From contig JBAZNJ010000005.1 in assembly GCA_041649315.1 (NCBI GenBank), positions 709-64,708 on the forward strand: a DNA stretch of 64,000 nucleotides, in the 5' to 3' direction. Under the pieces are notes generated by a model. The model ran no database searches, had not been told where the DNA came from, and saw only the letters and a program-made list of their open reading frames with translations. How positions within the stretch are numbered: the first letter of the stretch is position 1; each line of letters begins with the position of its first letter. This DNA comes from Patescibacteria group bacterium (lineage in GTDB: Bacteria; Patescibacteriota; Patescibacteriia; Patescibacteriales; UBA12465). The position numbers and the translations under genes were made by a program. This document shows, piece after piece, positions 35,265 to 45,535 of the stretch.

Positions 35265-36618
35265 AATTTTTAAGGCCTACGACATTCGCGGAATCTACGG
35301 CCGCGATTTCGACGATAAAACCGCCCATCTTTTAGGTCAGGCTTTTATTGAATTACGAAAAAATGATCCTGATTATTCCCCGACTAAATCGCTAAAAATC
35401 GCAGTCGGCCGAGATATGCGTTTTTCTTCACCGGCCTTAAGAGATAATTTAATCCGCGGTTTAGTCGCCGCCGGCGCCGATGTTGTTGACTTGGGCTTAG
35501 TCGCGACCCCGACTTTCTATTTCGCAGTCGGAAAATATCATTACGACGGCGGAATAATCGTCTCCGCCTCGCATAACCCGAAAGAATGGAACGGATTTAA
35601 AATCGTCCGCGCCCAAGGCATTCCGGTAAGCGGCGAAACCGGTATTAATTTCTTGAAAGAAAAAATCTTAAATGAAGATTTCTCTCCGGCCGCGCAACCG
35701 GGCACAATTACTAAAAATTCCGAAGCTTTAAACGCGGCTATTGACTACGCGCTAAGTTTTGCTGATTTGAAAAAAATAAAAAAATTAAACATTGTCATTG
35801 ATCCGGCTAATAGCATGGGCCTAACCTATCTGCGTCCTTTGTTTGAAAAACTGCCCTGTAAGGCAAGCTATATCAATTCCGAACTTGACGGCTCTTTTCC
35901 GGCGCATGAGGCTGATCCGTTAAAAGAAGAAAATTTAACACAACTCCAGGAAGAAGTACTCAAACAAAAAGCTGATTTAGGAATCGCGACTGACGGCGAC
36001 GGTGACCGTGTTTTTTTCGTTGACAACGCCGGCGAAACAATTCCACCGGCAATTATCCGCGGTCTATTGGCAAAATTATTCCTTAAAGATAAGCCCGGAG
36101 TAAAAATCGGCTATGATATCCGTCCGGGCAAAATTACGACCGACCTGATTCTCGCCAATAACGGAATCCCGATGGCTACCCGCGTCGGACATTCCTTGAT
36201 TAAAGAGCAAATGCTTAAAGAAGATATTTACTTTGCCGGCGAATCTTCAGGGCATTTTTTTCTCCAAGGCGCCGCCGGCTGTTTTGAATACCCGGAAATA
36301 ATGATTTTAAAATTATTAATGGAATTTTCCGCCGTGCCGACAGATATCGCGACTTATCTCAAGCCCTATAAAAAATATTATCATTCCGGCGAAATAAATC
36401 GCGCCGTTGCTAATAAATATCTTGTTTTCCAGAAAATAATAGAAAAATACGCTGACGGAAAAATTAGCCGCTTAGACGGCGTGACCGTTGAATTCCCCGA
36501 CTTCTGGTTTAATGTCCGCGGCTCAAATACCGAGCCAAAAATTCGACTTAATTTAGAGGCGGTTAATGAAAAGACTATGACCGAGAAAAGAGACGAGGTT
36601 TTAGAGTTGATAAAATAA
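35248..36618 (+). CDS. Phosphomannomutase/phosphoglucomutase
   Basis: FKAYDIRG N-terminus, phosphoserine loop SASHNPKEWNGFK, metal-binding DGDGDR. Overlaps the upstream gene by 17 nt. Confidence 0.9.
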   Translation: MRVNPEIFKAYDIRGIYGRDFDDKTAHLLGQAFIELRKNDPDYSPTKSLKIAVGRDMRFSSPALRDNLIRGLVAAGADVVDLGLVATPTFYFAVGKYHYDGGIIVSASHNPKEWNGFKIVRAQGIPVSGETGINFLKEKILNEDFSPAAQPGTITKNSEALNAAIDYALSFADLKKIKKLNIVIDPANSMGLTYLRPLFEKLPCKASYINSELDGSFPAHEADPLKEENLTQLQEEVLKQKADLGIATDGDGDRVFFVDNAGETIPPAIIRGLLAKLFLKDKPGVKIGYDIRPGKITTDLILANNGIPMATRVGHSLIKEQMLKEDIYFAGESSGHFFLQGAAGCFEYPEIMILKLLMEFSAVPTDIATYLKPYKKYYHSGEINRAVANKYLVFQKIIEKYADGKISRLDGVTVEFPDFWFNVRGSNTEPKIRLNLEAVNEKTMTEKRDEVLELIK

Positions 36619-36739
36619 ATTTTCGCTCCGTAATATCTCCGGCTGGGGCCGAAACAATAAAACCAAACCTTAAATTTATTTCTCCGCGGCAAAAATCGCG
36701 GGGCATAATTCGTTAATTTAACTTTATAAATTAAGCTCT

Positions 36740-36770
36740 AAAAAATCCCGGTTAGTCCGGAATTTTTTAT
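36740..36770. terminator. Bidirectional terminator-like hairpin
   Basis: AAAAAATCCCGG-TTAG-TCCGGAATTTTTT sits between the convergent PMM/PGM and DUF4342 genes. The stem is short (one mismatch). Confidence 0.5.
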
Positions 36771-36788
36771 TTTTCTTATTCCTTTAAT

Positions 36789-37070
36789 TTATTTTTTCTT
36801 CTCCACAACTAAAGTGCATTTACTAACCAAAGCCGCTAAAGCACCTACGGCCGCTAAAACCGGCGCAAAAATCGTACCGACAACGGCGATTGTTACCGGA
36901 ATTTCCATTAAAACTTTGTCTTTTTCATTCTTAATAATAATCCGGCGGACATTCCCTTCCTTAATTAATTTCTTAACTTTTTCTAAAACTTCATGACCAT
37001 AAAGTTTAAATTGTTCTTGTCTAACCTCTTGTTCTGTTTGTTTACTTTTTTTTGTGTTGTCTTTAGACAT
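36789..37070 (-). CDS. DUF4342-like small protein
   Basis: 93 aa. LIKEGNVRRIIIKNEKDKVLMEIPVTIAVVGTIFAPVLAAVGALAALVSKCTLVVEK matches my recollection of DUF4342. Confidence 0.7.
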   Translation of the reverse strand: MSKDNTKKSKQTEQEVRQEQFKLYGHEVLEKVKKLIKEGNVRRIIIKNEKDKVLMEIPVTIAVVGTIFAPVLAAVGALAALVSKCTLVVEKKK

Positions 37071-37209
37071 AAATTGTAAATTATTTTATAAACTTATTAA
37101 TATTATACTATCTTTTTAATTTTTTATCTATTCTTCAATGGCCCCGTTGCTTTTTCCAAAAACCGACCACCCTTGAAACATAAACCCTTGCCCCCTATTG
37201 TTCGCATCT

Positions 37210-38871
37210 TTAACTTTTTAATTTATAGGCCTCTTTAATATATTGCCGCAAAACTCTTTCCGTGTTAAAAAATGAAGCGTTAAGCGCGATTACTGATACC
37301 ATCAAATCCGTCCATTTAGCGGGCTTTTTATAATAAAGCGGCAAAATTTCTTTTTCTAATAAATTATATAGATCTTTCGGATTGTTTTCTTTAATTACCC
37401 AGCCGGTTTTCCCTTTAACATAGCCCTCCGGCCACCAACCATCTAGAGTACTGGCCTGCGGCACGCCGTTATGCGCCGCTTTCATGCCGCTAGTCCCTGA
37501 CGCTTCGTTTGGCGGCAAAGGAGTGTTAAGCCAAAGGTCGGACCCGGACGCCAGATTCGCCGCTTTTTTAAGGTCATAATTTTCCCAAAAAACTATTTTT
37601 ATTTTTCCAAATAACTTTTTCCCGACCGCATGAACCTGTTTGATTAACTCTTGTCCATCCAAATCTTGCGGGTGCGCTTTACCGGCAAAAATTAGTTGGA
37701 TTTTACCTGATCGCCTCTGGAGTTCAACCAGGCGGTCCAAGTCGTTTAATAAAAATTCCGGCCGCTTATACGGTGTAAAGCGACGAGCGTAGCAAATGGT
37801 AAAAACTTCTTTTTTAAAACCAGCTCGCTTTTCTTTGTTTAATTGGCGAATTAAGCGACTCTTGGCTTTTTGATGCGCCGTCCAGATTTCTTGACTGGGA
37901 ATTTTTAAAGCTCTCGTTAGCAACCCGTTATCTTTTCGCCAATCCGGCAAATATTTATCATATAATTTTTTAAATTCCGGCGCCGACCAAAAAACCGAGT
38001 TGACTCCGTTAGTCACTGTTCTAATTTTAAAGCCGGGAAACAGGCGACGGGAAACGACCCCGTGCTTTTTGGACACCGCGTTGCTGTAAGCGCAAAAATA
38101 AAGAGCGACGCGAGTCATATTAATCTCGCCCTTATCCATTAATCCTTTTAAAGACGCCGGCCAGTCAGCTTGATAGCGCTTTAAATAAGGAAGTGAAAAA
38201 ATATCCTGGCCCTTGGCCAGCGGCGTATGTGTGGTAAAGACGCATTGCTGCCGCACGGCTTCTAAGCGCGCTTCATCCGAGCCCCCGGACTGATCCAAAA
38301 ATAATTCTATGGCCGCTAAAGCACCATGCCCCTCGTTAATATGGAACTTTTCAATTTCATAATCAAGCGCTTTTAAAATCTTAATTGCACCGCGGCCTAA
38401 AATTATTTCTTGCTTCAAGCGATATTCGTTATTTCCGCCATAAAGCTCCCCGGTTAATTCCCGATTTGCCCGGCTATTACCGGGGATATTAGTGTCCAAA
38501 AGATAAATCGGCGTTACGCCACCGCCACTTCGCAGGCGATAGCGCCAAACCCCGACTTTTACCTTTTCTTTCCCGATATTAACTACGACTTGTGCCGGAA
38601 GCTTTTTTAATTTAGAAAAATCTAAAGAATCGGTCCGCTTAATTTGTTCGCCGTCGGAACTGATAACCTGTTTGAAATAACCACGGTCATTTAACAAAGT
38701 AACGCCAACCATGGGAAAAGATAAGTCCGCCGCCGATCTTAAAATATCCCCGGCTAAAACCCCCAGGCCCCCGGCGTAATTTTTTATTTCATTTTCCAGG
38801 GCGATTTCCATGCTGATATAAGCTACCGCCGCCCATTTTTTTTTGATAATTTTTTTATTGATTTTTTTCAT
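37210..38871 (-). CDS. glgP: Alpha-glucan phosphorylase (GT35, short GlgP/maltodextrin phosphorylase type)
   Basis: 553 aa. GGLGVLAGD near the N-terminus, and the PLP-lysine region EASGTSGMKAAHNG. Confidence 0.85.
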   Translation of the reverse strand: MKKINKKIIKKKWAAVAYISMEIALENEIKNYAGGLGVLAGDILRSAADLSFPMVGVTLLNDRGYFKQVISSDGEQIKRTDSLDFSKLKKLPAQVVVNIGKEKVKVGVWRYRLRSGGGVTPIYLLDTNIPGNSRANRELTGELYGGNNEYRLKQEIILGRGAIKILKALDYEIEKFHINEGHGALAAIELFLDQSGGSDEARLEAVRQQCVFTTHTPLAKGQDIFSLPYLKRYQADWPASLKGLMDKGEINMTRVALYFCAYSNAVSKKHGVVSRRLFPGFKIRTVTNGVNSVFWSAPEFKKLYDKYLPDWRKDNGLLTRALKIPSQEIWTAHQKAKSRLIRQLNKEKRAGFKKEVFTICYARRFTPYKRPEFLLNDLDRLVELQRRSGKIQLIFAGKAHPQDLDGQELIKQVHAVGKKLFGKIKIVFWENYDLKKAANLASGSDLWLNTPLPPNEASGTSGMKAAHNGVPQASTLDGWWPEGYVKGKTGWVIKENNPKDLYNLLEKEILPLYYKKPAKWTDLMVSVIALNASFFNTERVLRQYIKEAYKLKS

Positions 38872-38881
38872 GCTTTTTCTG

Positions 38882-41572
38882 TCAAACTATCTTTTTTATA
38901 AAAATATCCCTCAATCTCATGACTAATTTGCGCATTTCTTCAACTATCAATACTGACGCGGCCGCCGGAATAATCAGCGCCCAATCGCGCGCCGCTAAAG
39001 GCACGGTGCGTAAAATCCCCTGCAGGGCTGGAGCATAAACTGCTAAGACCTGAAGTCCGGAAGAGACAAAAATTGCAATCACTAAAAACCAGTTAGAAAA
39101 GGGGTTAGTTTGAAAAATTGATTTTTTTTCAAAACGGCAATTAAAAGCATTGAATACTTGAGCAATTGCCATAACGCTCATGCAAACCGTCCGGGCCTTA
39201 TCTAAATTACCGGCGTAATAATCCTTAAACAGCAGAAGTCCGACTGCCGCCATCGGCAAAGCCATAAGCGTCATCCGTCGCGCCATTAAGCCGTCAACTA
39301 AACCGCGTTTTTTCTTAACAATGTGGTCGCGCAACAAGCCCGGTTCTTTCGGCTCCATGGCCAAAGAAACATCAAGAAAACCATCGGTCACAACATTAAG
39401 CCAAATTATCTGCGCCGCTAAAATTGGTAAAGGCCACCCGAGCGCCAAAGCGACAATAATCACCAAAAGTTCACTGATGTTGGTTGAAAAAAGATAAAGA
39501 ATTACTTTTTTTATCGTCTTATAAATACTTCTCCCTTCTTCAACCGCAGAAACAATACTGCCGAAATTATCGTCCAAAAGAATTATATCCGAGGCCTCTT
39601 TGGCCACTTCCGTGCCGATCACCCCCATGGCCACGCCTAAATCAGCGGCCACAAGCGAAGGCGCATCGTTAACCCCGTCGCCGGTCATAGCAATAATTTC
39701 ACCACGCGCCTTAAAGGCCTGGATAATCTTTAATTTATGTTCCGGATTAACCCGCGCAAAAACGCTTACGCGATTAAGCTTGCTTGCTAATTTTTCGTCT
39801 GATAAACCCTCTAAATCTTTCCCGGTCAAAACTTCGTCCCCGTCTTTATATATTCCCGCCTCCCGAGCAACTGCTTTAGCGGTTATCGCATGGTCGCCGG
39901 TAATCATAATTACCCTGATCCCGGCCTCGCTCGCCTGGCGCATCGCGCCGGCGACCTCCGGACGAATCGCGTCGCGCATCCCTAAAAATCCGACAAAAGA
40001 TAAATTCTTTGTTTTTTCTGGATTAAAGATTTCCCGGTCATCCCTTTCTTCCGCTAAAGCTACAACCCGCAATCCTTGGCGCGACAGATCAAAAAAAGTT
40101 TTTTCCAATTCTTTTTTTTCTCCTTCTTTAAAATCATGCCGATGGCCGTCTCGATAAATTTTCCCGCATAGATTTAAAATCGTTTCCGGCGCGCCGGAAA
40201 GAGTAATTAATCGCTTACCTTCTTTTTCATAAGAAGCCGCCCGGTATTTTAAGCGATAATCAAAAGGAGCGGCGGCCAAAACTTTAAAATCTCGCTGTAA
40301 GTCCTCCTGCCGAAAACCAAGCTTTTGTGCCAAAACCAGCATCGCCGCTTCGGTCGGATCGCCGGCCACTCGCCATTGCTTAGTTTTTGGTTCAAAGGTT
40401 ATCCGAGCGTCCGCACTTAAAGCCGCCACTTTACCGGCAAAAATCAAATCAGAAAAATCAGCCGGATTAACCATTTTCCCGGACAAACGGACTTCGCCTT
40501 TCGGCTCATACCCGACGCCGCCGATTTCAAACAGCCGGCCGCCGACATAAGCTTTTTGAACAATTAATTCATTGCGGGTAATCGTACCAGTTTTATCCAC
40601 GGCAATAATCTTAGCCTGGCCAAGAGCCTCAACCGCCTGTAGGCGCTTAACTAAGGCCTGCCGCTTAGCCATCCGCCAAACACCAGTTGCTAAAACTAAA
40701 GTCATGACAATCGGCAATCCTTCTGGAATAACCGAAACCGCTAAGGAAACAACGACCACGAACATTCCTCGGGGAGACTCACCGCAGAAAAGACCGAGCG
40801 CAAATAAAAACGCGCTCACCGCCAAAACAATAAATATTATTAAACGAGATAATTTTTGCAAATCTGCCTTTAAGGGCACATCCGTATCAACCACCGCAAT
40901 CTGCGCAGCAATCCGACCAATAAAAGTGTTTATTCCCGTTGCTAAAACTAAGGCCTGGCCATTGCCAGCCGCAATATCAGTTCCTTTAAACACTAAATTG
41001 CTCTGTCCGATTATTTCTTCGTTTTTCTCTAATATCTTTTCCGGTTTTTTCGCCACCGGCTTTGATTCGCCGGTTAAGGAGGCCTCATTAACTTTAAGAT
41101 TATTCGCACTAATCAAACGGGCTTCCGCCGGAACTTTTTCGCCGGCTTGCAAAGAAATAATATCACCCGGGACAATCTTCGCGCTCGGGATAATTATTTC
41201 CCGGCCATCGCGCCAAACCGTCGCCCGGGTTTCCGCGAATTTTTTCAAAGCTAAAAGCGTATTTTGAGCCTTCCCCTCCTGAATCGCTCCGACTACCGCG
41301 TTAAAAATCAAAACCCCCATAATCACAAACCCGTCGGTAAATTCCTTTAAAACAAAAACGATTATTGCCGCGACTAATAAAATATAGACTAAAGGGCTCT
41401 GGAATTGGCGGAAAAAGATAAGCCAAAAACTATCCCGCTTTCCTTCGGGTAATTTATTTTCGCCATATTTTTCTAGTCGTATCGCCGCTTCAGCCGAACT
41501 TAAACCATTCTCCGCTGTTTCAAATTCTTTAAATAATTCCTCCACGTTTTTATTTGCCCATTCGCTGATCAT
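38882..41572 (-). CDS. P-type cation-transporting ATPase (P2, Ca2+/Mg2+-ATPase-like)
   Basis: 896 aa. TGES, the phosphorylation site DKTGTITRN, MITGDH, and the TGDGVNDAPSL hinge. Has the N-terminal cation-ATPase domain and 10-TM layout. Confidence 0.92.
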   Translation of the reverse strand: MISEWANKNVEELFKEFETAENGLSSAEAAIRLEKYGENKLPEGKRDSFWLIFFRQFQSPLVYILLVAAIIVFVLKEFTDGFVIMGVLIFNAVVGAIQEGKAQNTLLALKKFAETRATVWRDGREIIIPSAKIVPGDIISLQAGEKVPAEARLISANNLKVNEASLTGESKPVAKKPEKILEKNEEIIGQSNLVFKGTDIAAGNGQALVLATGINTFIGRIAAQIAVVDTDVPLKADLQKLSRLIIFIVLAVSAFLFALGLFCGESPRGMFVVVVSLAVSVIPEGLPIVMTLVLATGVWRMAKRQALVKRLQAVEALGQAKIIAVDKTGTITRNELIVQKAYVGGRLFEIGGVGYEPKGEVRLSGKMVNPADFSDLIFAGKVAALSADARITFEPKTKQWRVAGDPTEAAMLVLAQKLGFRQEDLQRDFKVLAAAPFDYRLKYRAASYEKEGKRLITLSGAPETILNLCGKIYRDGHRHDFKEGEKKELEKTFFDLSRQGLRVVALAEERDDREIFNPEKTKNLSFVGFLGMRDAIRPEVAGAMRQASEAGIRVIMITGDHAITAKAVAREAGIYKDGDEVLTGKDLEGLSDEKLASKLNRVSVFARVNPEHKLKIIQAFKARGEIIAMTGDGVNDAPSLVAADLGVAMGVIGTEVAKEASDIILLDDNFGSIVSAVEEGRSIYKTIKKVILYLFSTNISELLVIIVALALGWPLPILAAQIIWLNVVTDGFLDVSLAMEPKEPGLLRDHIVKKKRGLVDGLMARRMTLMALPMAAVGLLLFKDYYAGNLDKARTVCMSVMAIAQVFNAFNCRFEKKSIFQTNPFSNWFLVIAIFVSSGLQVLAVYAPALQGILRTVPLAARDWALIIPAAASVLIVEEMRKLVMRLRDIFIKKIV

Positions 41573-41584
41573 ATTATTTATTAA

Positions 41585-42169
41585 TTATTTTTGTCTTGAA
41601 AAAATCATTAAATTCTGCGTAAGCCACCAAACCACATTTTTATTTTTTAATTTAGCTTTAAGCCGCGCTGTTAATTCTTTTTGGAAAACAAAGTCCTTAA
41701 CCGCAAATTTGGCAATCCAATATTCCGGCCATTGTTCGTTAATATGGCCGATGCTCCGCGGACCCTGACCGGGAACGGCGGCCGTAAAAATAATCGTCTC
41801 GGACAAATTAGTTAAAGTTTCTACTAAAGTATCCGCGTCTTTTTCTTCTAAATGTTCGGCGACTTCCAGGCAGAGAGCCAAATCAAACTTTTTTTTCAAT
41901 CTAAGCGGCTTAGCTAAATCAAACATTTTTATCTTATCGCCGACTAAGGACTCTTTTAGCGCCGCCGGCGAGCCGTCATAACCGACAATCTCAACTCCCC
42001 GCTCGACAAAATGTTTTAAATAAATCCCGCAGCCGCAACCGATATCAATAACTGATTTTGGCTTAAACTGTTCATAAAAAACAGCTACCGCCGCCGAGGC
42101 CGAATCCGCTTCTAATTTCAAAGTATTTTGAAAAAATTTTTGATCGTAAATATGATATTCAACTGCCAT
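41585..42169 (-). CDS. Class I SAM-dependent methyltransferase
   Basis: Motif I IDIGCGCGIYL. Short (194 aa) and the substrate is unknown. Confidence 0.75.
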   Translation of the reverse strand: MAVEYHIYDQKFFQNTLKLEADSASAAVAVFYEQFKPKSVIDIGCGCGIYLKHFVERGVEIVGYDGSPAALKESLVGDKIKMFDLAKPLRLKKKFDLALCLEVAEHLEEKDADTLVETLTNLSETIIFTAAVPGQGPRSIGHINEQWPEYWIAKFAVKDFVFQKELTARLKAKLKNKNVVWWLTQNLMIFSRQK

Positions 42170-42348
42170 ATTTTTCTTTTATTCTACCATAAAAACAAAA
42201 ATATTCCTAAAAAATTTTTAACGCTTATTTTATTAATAAGCTATTATAAGATATAATAATTAAAGCTTTGTTTAAAAGATTATCTGCTGGCCTATTTTAT
42301 CCGAGCCGGTTTTAAACCATTAAAAATACTCTAAATCATAAAACAATC

Positions 42349-43551
42349 ATGCTTTTAAATGCCCCGTCTAAATATATGCTTAAAAAAACTTTCTTTTTCG
42401 CCTTAATGCTGTTTTTATTGTTTTTCTGCGCTTTCCCGGCGCGAGCTGAAAATATTGAAACCGAAAATATCGAGACCGAAGATTCTTCTTATATCACCTT
42501 GGGAGGCGCCGGAGAAATAACAGAAAACGCGGTTTTTGAAGCCCGAGTGCTTAAAATTCTAAACGAAGAGTCTTCCACCCGAGAAAACGGCTCTATTTTT
42601 ATACAACAAGATCTTCTTTTAAAGGGTCTGACCGGAAATTTCAAAAATCAAGAAATAGAATATAAAGGCATCTCGGAAATAGAAGTCGCAAATTCCGGAC
42701 TTTACAAGTCCGGCGACCGCGTTTTAGTCCAGGCCGAAAATTTATTTAACGGAAAAAATGTTTTTTATATCATGGATTACGTTCGTCGGCCCTATCTTTA
42801 TCTACTCGCTTTTATTTTTGCCCTACTCATTATTATTATCGGCCGAAAAAAGGGATTCCGCTCCTTAATCGGGCTCATCGCCAGTTTTTTTATTATTATA
42901 AAAATTATCCTGCCGCGCATTCTAGCCGGCGGAAACCCTCTGCTTATCGGGGTAATCGGATCTTTTTCAATCTTAGCGGTAATAATCTATTTAAGCGAAG
43001 GCTGGAAAAGAAAATCCCACTTAGCGATTGCCAGCGTTTTTTTATCTTTGCTTGCGACTATGTTTCTTGCTCTGCTCTTTACTAAACTAACCCGTCTGAC
43101 CGGATTTTCTAACGAGGAAGCTGCCTTCCTGCTCGGAGCGGATCAAATTATAAATTTCCAAGGCCTGCTTTTAGCCGGCATCCTAATCGGCGCGGTCGGC
43201 GTTTTAGATGATATCATTATCGGCCAAATCGCGGCTGTTCAACAAATAAGAGAAGCTAACCCATCTTTGCCGCCGGCTAAGCTTTTTAAAATGTCTTATA
43301 AAGTCGGCAACACGCATCTTAGCGCGGTTGTTAATACGCTTTTTCTTACCTACGCCGGCGCCTCTCTGCCGCTTCTCTTATTATTCTTAATCCAACCCGA
43401 AGGCGCAACTTCTTTTCGCCAAGTAATAAATGACGAGCTAATCGCGACCGAAATCGTTCGAACTTTAGTCGGCAGTATCGGCGTTGCCCTATCCCTTCCG
43501 ATTTCAACCTATTTAGCCGCTTACTTCGGAGTTAAAAAAAGACGAGCCTAA
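42349..43551 (+). CDS. YibE/F-family membrane protein
   Basis: A signal peptide, an extracytoplasmic domain, then ~7 TM helices with a GVLDDIIIGQIAAV motif as recalled for YibE/F. The start may be the Met at 42376 (MLKKTFFF...). Confidence 0.6.
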   Translation: MLLNAPSKYMLKKTFFFALMLFLLFFCAFPARAENIETENIETEDSSYITLGGAGEITENAVFEARVLKILNEESSTRENGSIFIQQDLLLKGLTGNFKNQEIEYKGISEIEVANSGLYKSGDRVLVQAENLFNGKNVFYIMDYVRRPYLYLLAFIFALLIIIIGRKKGFRSLIGLIASFFIIIKIILPRILAGGNPLLIGVIGSFSILAVIIYLSEGWKRKSHLAIASVFLSLLATMFLALLFTKLTRLTGFSNEEAAFLLGADQIINFQGLLLAGILIGAVGVLDDIIIGQIAAVQQIREANPSLPPAKLFKMSYKVGNTHLSAVVNTLFLTYAGASLPLLLLFLIQPEGATSFRQVINDELIATEIVRTLVGSIGVALSLPISTYLAAYFGVKKRRA

Positions 43552-43566
43552 AAGCTCGTCTTTTTC
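43534..43566 (+). terminator. Intrinsic terminator overlapping the YibE/F stop codon
   Basis: GACGAGC-CTAAAA-GCTCGTC followed by TTTTT. Confidence 0.7.
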
Positions 43567-43572
43567 AACCGG

Positions 43573-43644
43573 GGTGCCTAGAGAGAATTGAACTCTCGAT
43601 AACAGGACCACAACCTGCTGTGTTACCACTACACCATAGGCACC
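43573..43644 (-). tRNA. tRNA-His (GTG) with encoded G-1
   Basis: The reverse complement reads G-GTGCCTA...TAGGCAC-C, anticodon arm GCAGG-TTGTGGT-CCTGT, T arm GAGAG-TTCAATT-CTCTC. The extra 5' G pairs with C73. Confidence 0.92.
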
Positions 43645-43660
43645 ATTCTTATTTTAACCG

Positions 43661-43732
43661 TACGCCCGGGGGGAATCGAACCCTCATAACCAGCTTAGAA
43701 GGCTGGTGTTCTATCCATTGAACTACGGGCGC
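43661..43732 (-). tRNA. tRNA-Arg (TCT)
   Basis: Acceptor GCGCCCG/CGGGCGT, anticodon arm CCAGC-CTTCTAA-GCTGG, T loop TTCGATT. There is one A.C mismatch in the T stem. Confidence 0.88.
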
Positions 43733-43809
43733 AAATTTTTTACAAAATTCCCGGGCCTTACTTTTTAACGCTCAATCTGGTTCTATGATATTAAAAGACC
43801 CAACGATTG

Positions 43810-44598
43810 TCAACGCTCCAAAGACCTTTGTCTTTTCGCTTCAAATAAAATTACCGCCGCCGCCACGGAAACATTTAAAGAATCCATTCCGGCTCGCATC
43901 GGAATCTTAATCCGAGTATCCGCCGCTTTTAACCACTTCTGGCCCAACCCCTCCGCTTCCGAACCTAAAATAATCGCCATCGGTCCGTTCAAGTCTGCTT
44001 TCGTATATTCCTCGTTCCCGTCGGTCGCGGCCGCAAATGTTTTTATTTTATTTTTTTTAAGCCATTCAATCGTTTCTTCTCGTGAAGCCATAACTAAATT
44101 TTCTTTAAAAATATAACCCTCGCTCGCCCGGATTACGTTCGGATTATAAATATCGGTCTGGCTATCATTAATAATAATCGCGTCAACGCCCGCCGCATAA
44201 GCCGTCCGGATAATCGCCCCGAGATTGCCCGGCTTCTCAACCGCCTCTAAAACGACAATCAAAGGCTTCTGACTTAATTTTACTTTTTCTAATTCCTTAT
44301 CTTTTGCGAGTGCTACGGCCAAAAAACCATCCGGATTTTCTTTATAGGAAATTTTTTCTAAAATTTTTTTAGAAACTTCAATTATCTTATCTTCCGTCAA
44401 ACCAAAAAAATTATTAACTGCCCTTGCTAATTCCGGGCAATAAAAAAGCGTCTTAATTATCCAGTCGGCTTCAAGCGCCGCCGCGATTTCCCGCGCGCCG
44501 TCAATTAAAATAAGCCCCCGCTCTTTTCTCTCGCTCGCTTTTTTAAGCCACACAGCATCTTTTATTATTTGGTTGTCTAAGCTGCTTATTGCTTTCAT
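43810..44598 (-). CDS. TrmH/SpoU-family RNA 2'-O-methyltransferase (RlmB-like)
   Basis: 262 aa. SPOUT motifs LEAVEKPGNLGAIIRTA, IILGSEAEGL and SLNVSVAAAVILFE. Confidence 0.85.
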   Translation of the reverse strand: MKAISSLDNQIIKDAVWLKKASERKERGLILIDGAREIAAALEADWIIKTLFYCPELARAVNNFFGLTEDKIIEVSKKILEKISYKENPDGFLAVALAKDKELEKVKLSQKPLIVVLEAVEKPGNLGAIIRTAYAAGVDAIIINDSQTDIYNPNVIRASEGYIFKENLVMASREETIEWLKKNKIKTFAAATDGNEEYTKADLNGPMAIILGSEAEGLGQKWLKAADTRIKIPMRAGMDSLNVSVAAAVILFEAKRQRSLER

Positions 44599-44680
44599 GT
44601 CTTCATTTTACTACATTAACAATCTTTTATCTATCATTGTTAAAATTATATTTTTATTAATACCTTCCTCCGCTTAAAAT

Positions 44681-44708
44681 ACAAAACCCCGAAAACTCGG
44701 GGTTTTGT
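44681..44708. terminator. Bidirectional intrinsic terminator
   Basis: AAAACCCCGA-AAAC-TCGGGGTTTT. Confidence 0.75.
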
Positions 44709-44727
44709 AAATTAATATGCTAAAAAA

Positions 44728-45291
44728 TTATTTCCCCATAACTTCGTACCCAACGCTGTCAGCACTGCTATAACCTTTGCCTTTATTTTTAGGAAATTCT
44801 GACATATCTACCCCCATAGATTCAATTTCAATCCCTTTCTGTTGCCCGATTCTTTCTACTAAGGTTCGTACGGATTCTTTTGAAATCGGCTTCAAAGAAC
44901 TTTCCTCCAGGGCTTTCTCTACTAACTTTATCGCTCCGGCCATTTTTTCTTCAAAAACATGGTCCTTAACAAATTGCCGCTCCAACCAACCTCTTTTTTT
45001 ATTCTTTCTAACCAAAAGAGCTTCTTTAATTTCTTCTAGCTTAACTTTTGCCAACGCCGCTTCTTCTTTTTTCTGTCTCTCAATATCCTCTTTTATCTCT
45101 TGGCTAACCTCTTTTTCTTCTGCTTTGCTTTTTTCAGCATCAACAACTTTTTGTTGATCAAGCGCTTGACCAGAAAGAGAGTCGTCAATCTTTTCTTCCG
45201 GCTCTAAAACGTCCACATCTTCAAAATGTTCATTTTTTTTGTTTAAATCCTCAGGGTTAGTAACCATAGTTTCTTCAAAATTGTTTCCCAT
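44728..45291 (-). CDS. Hypothetical acidic coiled-coil-like protein (187 aa)
   Basis: ORF followed by a strong terminator. E/K-rich, with no recognisable family. Confidence 0.55.
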   Translation of the reverse strand: MGNNFEETMVTNPEDLNKKNEHFEDVDVLEPEEKIDDSLSGQALDQQKVVDAEKSKAEEKEVSQEIKEDIERQKKEEAALAKVKLEEIKEALLVRKNKKRGWLERQFVKDHVFEEKMAGAIKLVEKALEESSLKPISKESVRTLVERIGQQKGIEIESMGVDMSEFPKNKGKGYSSADSVGYEVMGK

Positions 45292-45471
45292 ATAGTTTAT
45301 TTTTAAATTATTTAAATCGCCGTTAAAGCGTTCTTAAGCTTTTATTATTATAACATAAAAACGAAAAATAATCAAGCCCTCAGGCGCTTTTTTTTATTTT
45401 TTGTTTAATTTTAGCTAAAATTAGTTTAATTTTTTTATCTCTTTGACGGCTCCCCGGGCGAACGGTAATTA

Positions 45472-45480
45472 TGCTATAAT
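45472..45480 (+). promoter_or_regulatory. Extended -10 element upstream of PBP1A
   Basis: TGCTATAAT (TGnTATAAT) lies 56 nt upstream of the ATG at 45536. It falls inside the ORF-track N-terminal extension, which argues for the downstream start. Confidence 0.45.
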
Positions 45481-45535
45481 ATATAATGTTGATTTAATTA
45501 GCTACTTATCCACCGCTACCAAAAACATTAACTTT

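Noticed and set aside
39484-41267. Long antisense ORFs inside the P-type ATPase gene (for example 40572..41267, 231 aa; 39600..40157, 185 aa)
   Set aside because: They are opposite a gene with unmistakable P-type ATPase motifs. The compositionally odd (Ser/Ala/Pro/Thr-rich) translations are typical of shadow ORFs. The same applies to antisense ORFs inside ftsH, hppA, tig, PBP1A, glyA and VanW.
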